From Mobula hypostoma (taxonomy: Eukaryota), in the NCBI RefSeq assembly GCF_963921235.1, contig NC_086109.1, positions 23,128,001-23,192,000 of the forward strand: a stretch of 64,000 nt of DNA, read 5' to 3'. Numbering within the stretch: the stretch's first letter is position 1; each line of letters opens with the position of its first letter. The translations under genes were made by a program, and so were the position numbers. Of the stretch, positions 11,590 through 23,099 are shown piece after piece. Below the pieces are notes generated by a model that was not told the DNA's origin, made no database searches, and saw only the letters and a list, made by a program, of their open reading frames with translations.

Positions 11590-13770
11590 TCAGAGGACTG
11601 ATGATGCAAAATCAAACAGGAGGGTACGCTGAAATAAGGATGTTTAGACATAATATAGAAAGATTGAATGAGTAGGAAAATACTTGACAAATCATGTTTA
11701 AGGTATTGGGAAATGCAAAGTCATGCACTTCAGTAGGAGAAATCAAAAGGTGGTCTACTGTTTAAATGGGGGAAATTATGAATCTCTTTATGAATAAAGA
11801 CCTCAATGACTACAGACCGGTGGCATTGACCTCCCACATCATGAAGACCCTGGAGAGACTTGTTCTGGAGCTGCTCCGGCCTATGGTCAGGCCACACTTA
11901 GATCCCCTCCAGTTCGCCTACCAGCCCCGACTAGGAGTTGAGGATGCCATCGTCTACCTGCTGAACCGTGTCTACGCCCACCTGGACAAGTCAGCGAGCA
12001 CTGTGAGGGTCATGTTTTTTTGACTTCTCCAGTGCGTTCAACACCATCTGCCCTGCTCTGCTGGGGGAGAAGCTGACAGCGATGCAGGTGGATGCTTCCC
12101 TGGTATCATGGATTCTTGATTACCTGACTGGTAGACCACAGTACGTGTGCTTGCAACACTGTGTGTCCGACACAGTGATCAGCAGCACTGGGGCTCCACA
12201 GGGGACTGTCTTGTCTCCCTTTCTCTTCACCATTTACACCTCGGACTTCAACTACTGCACAGAGTCTTGTCATCTTCAGAAGTTTTCGGATGACTCTGCC
12301 ATAGTTGGATGTATCAGCAAGGGAGATGACGTTGAGTACAGGGCTACGGTAGGAAACTTTGTCACATGGTGTGAGCAGAATTATCTGCAGCTTAATGTGA
12401 AAAAGACTAAGGAGCTGGTGGTAGACCTGAGGAGAGCTAGGGTACCGGTGACCCCTGTTTCCATCCAGGGGGTCAGTGTGGACATGGTGGAGGATTACAA
12501 ATACCTGGGGATACGAATTGACAATAAACTGGACTGGTCAAAGAACACTGAGGCTGTCTACAAGAACGGTCAGAGCCGTCTCTATTTCCTGAGGAGACTG
12601 AGGTCCTTTAACGTCTGCCGGACGATGCTGAGGATGTTCTACGAGTCTGTGGTGGCCAGTGCTATCATGTTTGCTGTTGTGTGCTGGGGCAGCAGGCTGA
12701 GGGTAGCAGACACCAACAGAATCAACAAACTTATTCGTAAGGCCAGTGATGTTGTGGGGATGGAACTGGACTCTCTCACGATGGTGTCTGAAAAGAGGAT
12801 GCTGTCCAAGTTGCATGCCATCTTGGTCAATGTCTCCCATCCACTACATAATGTACTGGGTGGGCACAGGAGTACATTCAGCCAGAGACTCATTCCACCG
12901 AGATGCAGCACAGAGCGTCATAGGAAGTCATTCCTGCCTGTGGCCATCAAACTTTACAACTCCTCCCTTGGAGGGTCAGACACCCTGAGCCGTTAGGCTG
13001 GTCCTGGACTTATTTCATAATTTACTGGCATAATTTACATATTACTATTTAACTATTTATGGTTCTATTACTATTTATTATTTATGGTGCAACTGTAACG
13101 AAAACCAATTTCCCCCGGGGTCAATAAAGTATGACTATGACTATGACTAAAATATAATAAGTTAGCATGCAAATAGAGTAAACAATGAATGCAGCAATTT
13201 TTATATTGCTGTGGTGTTGGAGTGTAAAATTAATACATATTGTTACCGAGTATTGATGAGACCTCAGAGTTTGGTTTCCTTCCTTAAGAAAGTAGCTATT
13301 AGTATAAGGGGCAGTGCATAAGAAATTCTCCATGCAAATTTCTGGGATGATAGCGTTGCTTTACCACAAACAGCTGAAGAGATTAGAGTTATAATGTTTG
13401 GTGTTAAAAAGAATGAGGAGCGATCTTAAAGAAACATGTAAGATCTACCAAGGTAGATACTGAAATGTTTCTACTTGGGGCTCGGTCTCAAAAGAAGGGC
13501 CATGGTTAGAAGATAAAAGAGCATTTTTAAGAAACTGAAATGCCTAGGAACTCTTTCTCGTAGTGGATGGTGAATCTCTGGGATCCTCTACACGAAAGAG
13601 TTGAGTGGAGGCAAGATCGCAGGAGGTGTTTAAAGTGGAGGCAGGTAGAATTTTGAAAGGTTGAGGAACTGAGGGTTTTGTGGAACTGGCAAAGAAGAGG
13701 AGTGTAATCTTAGGCCAGATCACTCACGATCACATGGGACCAGGTGGTCTACTTCATGTTTTATTTTTGG
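11590..13770 (+). mobile_element. Old CR1-type LINE fragment interrupted by Rex1/Babar
   Basis: gggaaatgcaaagtcatgcacttcagtaggagaaatc before the insert; CR1 3' phrases (gtggtgaatctctgg-like) after it. Confidence 0.6.
11798..13149 (+). mobile_element. Young 5'-truncated Rex1/Babar-clade LINE (reverse transcriptase)
   Basis: ORFs 11766-12023 and 12082-12996 give NDYRPVALTSHIMKTLERL, PLQFAY, GAPQGTVLSPFLF, KFSDD, YKYLG. One apparent frameshift in a T run near 12015-12021. Ends caataaagtatgactatgactatgact. Confidence 0.9.
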
Positions 13771-14434
13771 GAAATTTAGACTTCTCAGTGGGCCATACAC
13801 AATAATAAAAGGATGCCTTGCATTTAGTCCAAATTGACAAACTATTGAGTTATGCCTATGTTTAAATAATGCCCACACAACTGCAAAGCTCTTGCAGTGA
13901 AAATCCAGGACTGGACATCTACAATTAAATAACTGTAAGGGAAAGAACACTGCAAGAACAAGTAGAGAGGGTGGGGTAGACAGAGACAAAGTTAGAGAAG
14001 AAAAAGAGAAAAATTAAAGCAGCTAAAATTAGAAGATACAGATTACAGAATTAAAACCAAAATAATGCTCCAAAATTTTATTATTTCTTAATAAAAAACA
14101 AAACCCTGTCACTAAGGCCTTTTACATTGCAATGAGTTCTACCCAGCTGAGTGTAATGAAGGTCCATGCCTATTTGACAGAGGGTCCCACTATCGGCAAA
14201 GGGCAGATTAAGAGCAGTTTCTCAGACCAATCTGCCTTTTGTTTGGCTCTGCTGCTTAGACAGCACACAAGAAAGATGGCATGAGGCAACTGACTCATTT
14301 CCCGATTCCCGACACTTTCGTATCATCTACAAATTGGAAGTCATGAGTTTAGTTCATCCACTTGCTTGGACAAGAGCCAGTAATGTTAAAAATGCTCAAA
14401 ACCATCCAAGGCTAAGCATTTAAGCTAAGGCTGA

Positions 14435-14740
14435 CATCTACATTATTTATTATTATATTGTAATTTGTCCTCTACTGTGTCTATTGACTTGTTTATTATT
14501 TATTGTACTGCCCACGCTGTTTTGTGCACCTTATGTAGTCCTGTGTAGGTCTGTAGTCTAGTGTAGTTTTTGTGTTGTCTTACGTAGTCTAGTGTAGCCT
14601 TGTGTTGTCTCACTTAGTCTAGTGTAGTTTTGTGTTGTTTCATGTAGCACCATGGTCCTGGAGGAATGTTGTTTCATTTTTACTGTGTATTGTACCAGCA
14701 GTTTATGGTCGAAATGACAATAAAAAGTGACTTGACTTGA
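14435..14740 (+). mobile_element. LINE-type 3' UTR/tail containing ~3 copies of a ~32-nt tandem unit
   Basis: tagtctagtgtag..ttgtgttgt repeated at ~14553, ~14585, ~14615; ends tgacaataaaaagtgacttgacttga. Confidence 0.6.
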
Positions 14741-17169
14741 TTAATGTTATTGAAACAATTATCAAAACACTACTTATGCTTCAAGGGCTGGTAAATTAGC
14801 ATAGAAGGACTGGAAGAAAAGTATTTCTGGATGTTAAAGGACAAATTAGCAGCTAATACAATGATTTCAGTATCAGCTCTACCCAGTCATGAAAGAATAC
14901 TGCATCATTGTCTCAGAGAATGTCACATTTCAGGGTGGGGCATGGGAGGACTAATGCTCAAAGACAGTGGAGAGAATGCAAAAGTGTGTCATATACAAGA
15001 ATAAGATACTATATATATAAAATCTGCTTTAAGCAGCAATATTTTGAGAGAAGTATTCAAGACAAGGCACATTGAAAGTAGTCATTTTACTAACTCAGTC
15101 GTCCAGCCCAGAATGAGATACTGCACATGTAAACGCAGAATATAAATTTCACAACTTTTCCCGAAAGTTAACTTTAACCTCTGCTGATCTGCTTATTTGT
15201 GACCTTCCTACACTCTACAACTTTATGGCAGTAAATTACATTGATGCTCCTTACGGCAAAGGACAGCATCACAAAGTGGGCAGGACCACCTTGTGGTGCC
15301 ATGCTTTGCCAAAGACCAATGCAGTTCACATACCTTCGAGTCCGGACAGGAAGAGCATGCACAGGAATGGAAATCTGACTTGGAGAATATGCGCTCAATT
15401 TATATATGATAAATTTATTGATTAATGGGGCTCTTGACCCTGCAACATTCAATGCAGTAGCGAGAAACCTGGAGGGGAGTCGGTTCACGAGCCTGCTTCT
15501 CTCGTCCTTCATGTTAGCACAAGCCACGAGTTTGGAATCTGCCTGGGTGAATTACTGCGGCACATTTTTGTTGATAGTATAAGACAGCCTGGTGACAGAA
15601 AGACTAAGTGTTTTTAATAGCACTAAGAACTGGGTGGCATGGAGCCAGCAACTTGACCCTGTGTGGCAGGGAATCTTTTTGGTACACAATTATTAAAGTA
15701 AGTGGAGAAATTTCAGTCCTACTCCTGCCTGTGTATTGTAGACTGAGGAAAGATTTGGGATTTAGAGACTGTGCCATTGACTACATGACAACGTACTTAT
15801 GACCTTTGGGTCACTGCCAAACATAAGAGAGTTTAACCCCAAAAGCCAACCATAATCTGCCACAACCTCCTGGTTGAAAAGGACTCTCCCACCACCAAAA
15901 TGGAAGTGTTATTATGGGAAGGATTCAAACAGAAGTGAATGGACTAAGAACTAAGCCAGTGCACAATCCATTCGCCAACAAACTATGTTCTTATGTTTAC
16001 TGCAGGCATATGTGTTTGATCTGTTTCCCCCCCAAGAAAAACAAGGGCAATATTTCAATTAAGAACATGAGGCAGGAGCTGGGATTGACAGAGACACCAA
16101 GAGTCAGCAATTCTCCTGTTTCAACTTCCACTTTTATACCCAGAGGTCTGAACGACTTCTCCTTTTCGACTGAACTTCGTGCGACTAACCCGTGCAACAT
16201 TTGCAAAACATTAATGCCGAGTGTGAACTCTGCAAAGTGTGAAGCACCAACCATTGGCCCATGTAGATATGGGGTCGCTAATCACATTCATCAGTTTCCT
16301 TTAAGGGCAGCGTATTGTAATGGGATTTGCTTTATCATTCAAACAGTGTGCAATCATTCCATTTAGCTACTATAACAGATTATCTTGTAGTTTAGTTTTA
16401 CTCTTTGAAGTTTCCTGTGTTCTTACAAGGCAATTATATAACAATTGTATATTCTAACAATGTTCAAAGTTCTCATGTATATATTTTCTTGTTTCTCGTG
16501 TATTTTCAAAGTCCTCGTGCTTCATGTATCTATTTTCAATAGGCAGATGAACAGTAAAAATGAGTGCTGATGTGGACACATTTATATTAATTGTTTCTGA
16601 ATTAAATAATATACAGTACCATATACAAATTATCTCTGTGAAAGAAGGGTTGTTTTGCTAACTGGAGTCTGGAGTTTTAATTTTAAAGGCTGACTGTGTT
16701 AAAAGGTTGAAAGGGTGTTTGAGTTCCTGTTGTATTTTAAGACCCTCTGCTTGCATACTGTAGAACATAAACTGTCAACTCCCGAGACGTCTATTTACCA
16801 AACTTCAGCAATAATAATATTTAGTTCCTGGTGTGACTAACCAGAAAAGAATTGACCTGCAAGTGAATTAATCAGCAGTTACTTGGGTGGTTCAATACAT
16901 TCTTCAGCATGCTTCATATATCTAGTTTTAATAGGCTGACGAAAGGTAAAGTTGAGTGCTAAAGCAGACAAATGTTTATTAGCTAGTTCTGAATTATGTC
17001 CAGGCTGTTAATTTCTAAGGTTCACGTGACTTGTCCTCTCCTCTACCGGGGTGATGGCAAATCTCATTACAGAACTGTCGTGCTGCTAAAACTGTTGGAC
17101 CTGTTGTCGGACCAGCAATCATTATCATGTTCACCCAATGTCACAAAGCAAGTTATCTGGTCACTGCCA

Positions 17170-17330
17170 ACATGCAGCAGTATGGGAGTCTGGTGTGCAC
17201 AAATTTGCATAAGTGTTTCCTATATAACAATGGAGACTGCTTACCTAAAGCACTTAGTTGGCTGGGAAGCTCTCTGAGATACCCTGAAGTTATTAAAGAT
17301 GCAACAAAGATACAAATTCCTTTTTACCTG
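17170..17330 (+). mobile_element. Degraded Deu-type SINE 3' tail
   Basis: tttcctatataacaatgg...cacttagttggctgggaagctctctgagataccctgaag...; a similar reverse-complement copy lies at ~49740-49920. Confidence 0.4.
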
Positions 17331-17571
17331 TTACTCTACTTTAGCAGGTCATTTCAGTATTTTCTTCCTATTCACAAAGTACGGGTACTGAATTCTGTTG
17401 AGGACACTGGACTTGTAGGGCACATCATTACTGTATAAAAGCATCATCACAGGGTCTATCCAGACTATTTGAACCAGTTTCTATGAGGATTTATTATGCA
17501 AAAAAAACCCATTTGCATTACCCTCCCAATCAGAATTTAGCTCCAATCATAGCTGTCAAATTAAATCATCT

Positions 17572-18194
17572 AAAACAACAGGAATTCTGCAGATGCTGGA
17601 AATTCAAGCAACACACATCAAAGTTGCTGGTGAATGCAGCAGGCCAGGCAGCATCTCTAGGAAGAGGTACAGTCGACGTTTCAGGCCGAGACCCTTTGTC
17701 AGGACTAACTGAAGGAAGAGCTAGTAAGAGATTTGAAAGTGGGAGGGGAAGGGGGAGATCCGAAATGACAGGAGAAGACGGGGGCGGGGGGGGGATGGAG
17801 CCAAGAGCTGGACAGGTGATTGGCAAAGGGGATATGAGAGGATCATGGGACAGGAGGTCTGGGGAGAAAGACAAGGCGGGGAGGGGGGGAACCCAGAGGT
17901 TGGGCAAGGGGTATAGTCAGAGGGACAGAGGGAAAAAAAGGAGAGTGAGAGAAAGAATGTGTGTATAAAAATAAATAACGGATGGGGTACGAGGGGGAGG
18001 TGGGGCATTAGCGGAAGTTAGAGAAGTCGATGTTCATGCCATCAGGTTGGAGGCTACCAAGATGGAATATAAAGGTGTTGTTCCTCCAACCTGAGTGTGG
18101 CTTCAGAATGGGAATCCCATTCTGACATGTCTATCCATGGCCTCCTCTAGAGAAGCTGCCTGGCCTGCTGCGTTCACCAGCAACTTTGATGTGT
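17572..18194 (-). mobile_element. Penelope-like element 3' part with short inverted terminus
   Basis: 14-bp TSD aaattaaatcatct (17558-17571, 18195-18208). Minus strand matches 24420-24820 plus the terminus; inverted piece at ~18115-18194. Confidence 0.88.
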
Positions 18195-18249
18195 AAATTA
18201 AATCATCTGCTTTTTTTCCTTACAAGACAGACCGGTCCTGTTCCTCCAA

Positions 18250-18340
18250 ATAACACACACAAAATGCTAGAGGAACTCCGCAGGCCAGGCAGATCCATGG
18301 AAAAAATTACAGTTGACGTTTTGGGCCGAGACCCTTCTCT
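18250..18340 (-). mobile_element. Penelope-like terminal fragment
   Basis: aacacacacaaaatgctagaggaactccgcaggccaggc...cagttgacgttttgggccgagaccctt. Confidence 0.75.
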
Positions 18341-18668
18341 TGTTTATCTCCTGTTTCTCCAAATAACTCTTCCTGGAACTCTAAGTTATGCAGATGGAGC
18401 AAAGCCCCTACGAAGTTTAGGGTTATTAATGGACTGAATAAATTAAAATGTGTGTCCCATGAAGAAAATCCTTCTTCAGATTTAGAACTGGTCTATTACC
18501 CATAAGTTACAGAACTTGTTCCTATTTTTATTTATTTTTCAGGCCCTTCAAACCATTTTCAGATGATAGCCCGGCAGCGTAAAGGTGCTCTGTCCCATCA
18601 GTTCTTGCCACCAGCTGCAATCAGGACCGACTCTGAATAGTATGGAACTGAAATCTTTAAACTAATTA

Positions 18669-19244
18669 ACACACACAAATTGCCGGAGAAACTCAGCAGG
18701 CCAGGCAGCATCTACGGAGAAGAGTACAGTCGACGTTTCAGGCCAAGATCTTTCAGCAGGACTGGAGAAGAAAAAAGCCAAGGAGTAGATTTAAAAGAGT
18801 GGGGTGGCGGGGAAGAGAAACACAAGGTGATAGGTGAAACTGGGAGGGGGAGGGGCGAAGCAAAGAGCCGGGAAGTTGATTGGTGAAAGAGATACAGGGC
18901 TGGAGAAGGGGGAGTGTGATAGGAGAGGACAGGAGGCCATGGAAGAAAGAAAAGGGAGGAGGAGCACCAGAGGAGGTGATGGGCAGGCAAGGAGACAAGG
19001 TGAGAGAGGGAAAAGGGGATGCGGAATAGTGAAGGGGGGGGGTGCGTTACTGGAAATTCGAGAAATTGATGTTCATGCCATCAAGTTGGAGGCTACCTAA
19101 ATGCAATATAAGGTGTTGCTCCTCCAACCTAAGTGTGGCCTCATCATGGCAGTGGAGGAGGCCATGGATAGACATATTGGAATGGGAATGGGAAATAGAA
19201 TTAAAATGGGTGGGTACTAGAAGATCCCTCCTGTTCTGGTAGGT
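18669..19244 (-). mobile_element. Penelope-like element 3' fragment (end of GIY-YIG region, 3' UTR, terminus)
   Basis: 9-bp TSD aactaatta (18660-18668, 19245-19253); homologous to 24320-24520. Confidence 0.85.
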
Positions 19245-20969
19245 AACTAATTAGCATCTGCACGGTAACTGTTAGAGGAATCTGGCAGTATTTCCTTAAC
19301 CACATGTTTCCTACCAATAACAGACTACCTCTTTTTTGAAGCAAGAATTAATATTGTCACTGCCTTAAAACATTTAGCAATGGTGTCTGCTATGATTGAA
19401 ATTTTACAAAGTAGACACATGACCCCAATGTCAATAGTGTCCCAGTGAACATGTATACTTTGGAGTCTGTCAAAGTGTATAGCTGCCTTGTGCCAGAACC
19501 ATCTGAAGTCAGGCTTTGTAGAAGAGAGACCAGTTAACAGACGGTTTTATTTTATTTTAAAGTGAGCTCCCATTGCCTCCGTATTTAGAATCATACAGGA
19601 TGAGCTTTGGACAGGGTAGGACTCTGATGCCAAAGCTGCTGAAATCAAGACCAGAAGCAGGGAAAGAAAGAAGGGGCAGTCAAAAAAGCCCCACAAAGTC
19701 CCAAATTATTCCTTGTATCTGTCAAACACACCCAAAAAGTTTGTCTGATTTATTCATTTTCACTCTAAAGAATAGCATGTGTAACACAAATGAATTACTT
19801 TTCCAACAATCCAGTTTGAAAAGGAACTTTACAGCTTGAAAACAGGTGTGTGCTAAAAGGATGAACAGGAATTTCTCCTGTGCATTATCTAATATTAGAA
19901 ACCAACCAGACGTAAAACCTGCTTCAGTTTTAAGACCCACAACTCTGTGACAACAGACTGATCAAATAAGGAAGCCGCTAAATAATGCACATGGAGCTCA
20001 GAAAAATAGAGGGCTATGGGTAACCCTTGGAAATTTCTTAGGTAAGGACATGTTCAGCACAGCTTTGTGTGACCAAAGGGCCTGTATTGTGCTGTAGGTT
20101 TTCTATGTTTCTAAATAAGATCAAAATAGGTAAGATGCCCGTCAAACTTATTAAATCCTGGTAAACTTAATCAACTTAGTTTTATTTTCCTAAATCATAT
20201 TAATCCTCCTAAATCCCCTTCAATAATTTTTGAATGCAGATGAATATCTTAAAGGCTAGACAATAAGACTAAGACATTGGTCTAATTTTTTTCCTTTCAA
20301 CCCATCAAATCTGCTCCACCATTCAATCATGGCTGATTCATTATCCTTCTCAACCCCTTTCTCCTGCCTTCTCCCCTTAACCTTTGACACCTTTACTAAT
20401 CAAGAACCTACCTGACTGCTGTTTGCTTGCCATTGTTGGACCATACTTTAACTTTAATACTCAGTAGCCAATGATATTATTAAGATAATATGCAATCACT
20501 TCAATTCAACATCCTTTGATTTGTATTCTTCCTACCTTCCACTTCATTTTGGAGTCATTTGATTGTGATCAACACTGTTCATGTACTTACCACGGATCTC
20601 ATAAATTGCTATATTCATGATACCTACCCTGAAGAAAATAGCCTTATAAATTTTCCAGGTTTTCTTTTTCTTTGGTCATGTACTATCTCGCTGTTTTTCC
20701 CCACTAATTTAATTTTTTTTTAATACTGTATATATTTATTGTAACTTATAGTTTTTTTAAATGGTGGGTAAGTTGGAGGCATGGTGTGCAGTCGGAAAAC
20801 TATCCAGCAGGAGGTTACGTACACAGTAAGGTGGCGGGTGGCGGGGGGTGGGGGAGGAGAGCATGGAAGTACCTTACATTGTTGGCATTGCACCAAACCA
20901 GAACCAGACAGAAGTGGACAGGAAAACATCATTTCTGAGAACCAACAACATCCAAAAGAAGATGCTCAC

Positions 20970-21132
20970 CTTTTTGAAGAGGCGGACAGAGTCATCGCTG
21001 ATTTGTGAAAAGCGAGGAATAATGTTGGTCAAGTAGATATCACTCAACGTGGTGTGGTCCTTGCTCTCCCTCCTGACCTGGTTCAGCAGCAAATACCAAC
21101 AGTTCACAGGAGACAGAATGTTCTGGTCCTTC
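20970..21132 (-). CDS. SRGAP-family coding exon (next exon, F-BAR)
   Basis: KDQNILSPVNCWYLLLNQVRRESKDHTTLSDIYLTNIIPRFSQISDDSVRLFKK. Acceptor ccattttacag, donor gtgagc. 163 nt; its first G completes the AA|G Lys codon of the previous exon. Confidence 0.95.
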
Positions 21133-21644
21133 CTGTAAAATGGAAGGCAGTCAGAAGAAATCATAGAAGAAAATGATAAAGAAAGAACTTCTGTGCAATA
21201 CATCAAACCCACCAAAGCAAAACCTTTCAAGAGCTGCAGAAATACTTGACACTTTAAACTATGCCAGCACCAATTTTGCACAGAACAAAAAATTCTACAA
21301 ACAGGCATTACAAAGAATAAAATTAAAAATTCGATGCTGTTTGCAGAAAGAATTGCTGCTTCTCTGATAGTACAGAGCTCCCTGCACATTTCTTTGGGTT
21401 ACATACTTCAACATTTCTCGCACAAAGCTCTTAACTTACTTTCAGTATTTGACTTTCCTGTTTCCCTCTGATGCCAACGGTCAATCTTAACTTCTACTTT
21501 AGGAAAGGGAGTCTCGGATAGTGGTCAAAATGCAAGCTGAATTCAGGTTATCATTCCCACATCAGTAAATGTCACTTTCACGAGAAAGACCCAAGTCAAT
21601 AATAAGAACATTAATTTAACAAAAAAAAATTGCCTAGCTCCTTG

Positions 21645-22275
21645 CATATTTCATGTTTTTATTTCTGGATTACGATCACTGCAAACCGCAGCCTGTAATT
21701 TCCCTTTGGGAGTTCTGCTTCTGAACCATCTGTACGGCCTGGTGTTTTTGCGGTACCCTGAGGATTCGGCGAACTGCACTCTTGAGAATGCAGGTATGGC
21801 CGCAGTGGTCATTGCTGGAGTGGACTTCAGGCCAGTTTGAAACTTCAGGTCAGACTGAGGCGGAAGGGCCCGGGCCCATGAGTGAAAAAGGAACCAGTGT
21901 TTAGCCGATTTAAGTGTCAAACCAGGTAACAAAGGTTAAGGAGTTCAGGCCGAGGGCGAAGGATGGACAGGTGATCAATTCACAACTCTACAAGGCTTCA
22001 ATCGCCACAGTGCCCAACTGGCTCCAGCAGCTGCTGACTCACTGTCAGTGACTCTGCAGTCCACGTTCTGTGTTTTATTTGTTCGCTTTTTAATTGATCA
22101 CACGATTTCTTCTTTTTCTAATCACATTAGATGCTTGATGGTCTTTTGTGTTGTGGGGCTTTTTGTAGATACTAGTTGTGTTTCTTTGTTTTGTGGCTAT
22201 CTGCAAGAAGGTGAATCTCAAGGTTGTATATGGTAGATGTACTTTGATAATAAATGTACTTTGAGCTTTGAACAT
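21645..22275 (+). mobile_element. Non-autonomous LINE-tailed element
   Basis: GC-richer body ending gaatctcaaggttgtatatgg...gataataaatgtactttgagctttga; tail shared with ~43000-43052 and ~43980-44058. Confidence 0.5.
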
Positions 22276-22551
22276 TTTAAAACATTCAGTCAGCTCCTGT
22301 GTTTCACAGAACAGAAACAATTAAACTTCTGTATCTCAAATGGAACTAGTGGAAAACAACATCAGCATTAAGGTATTTTTCCATATCATGTGCATCTCTT
22401 CTACAAGATGGTTATCCAAAAAAAATTGAGCCACTAGATAAATACTGGGTTAGAAGACCAAAAGCTCTTCTTAAAATCTCTGTTCAGGTTTATGGGGAAA
22501 ATGTTACTTCCCCTGATATTTTAAGAGTCAACCAAATGGGTAAATGTAGAG

Positions 22552-22631
22552 CAGGGGTTCCTAACCTTTTTTATGCCATGGACCTTTATCATTAATGAAA
22601 GGGTCTGTGGATCCCAGGCTGGGAACCCCTG
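22552..22631. mobile_element. 80-bp hAT (Charlie-like) MITE
   Basis: TIRs caggggttcctaacct / aggctgggaacccctg; perfect 8-bp TSD atgtagag (22544-22551, 22632-22639). Confidence 0.9.
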
Positions 22632-23099
22632 ATGTAGAGTCTTGGTCACTTCTTAATTGGCTGGGACAATCCGAGGATCAATAAAATGGTGGTGGAATGT
22701 GAACCTAGGGTGGCTGAACAAAAGTGATCATATGGTGAAAGCTCCAAAATAATGTTAAGTCAGAGTTGGAACTCTTAGTGCTGAAAGAGTTAACAGTTCA
22801 AGACAGGAACAACTGGAACATAAAGATTCTGAGTACAAGTATGGACTTAGCCAGGGGGAAGGTGGGGATATTCTGAACTTTGACATTTTTGTGAGATCCC
22901 AAAATCCATCCCTACCACAGAGGAAACAGAGGCTAGAGACACACTGCAGATGTGCACAGATGGGAAAATTAATTCCTGCAATGTACAGAACTCTATGACA
23001 CATTGTGAATTTTAACTTTACAGCCATGACTCGATGATTGCTCTCTGTTCTCCGAGTTAGAAGGTTCAAGATTCAAGTTTATCTGTCACGTGTACATTT

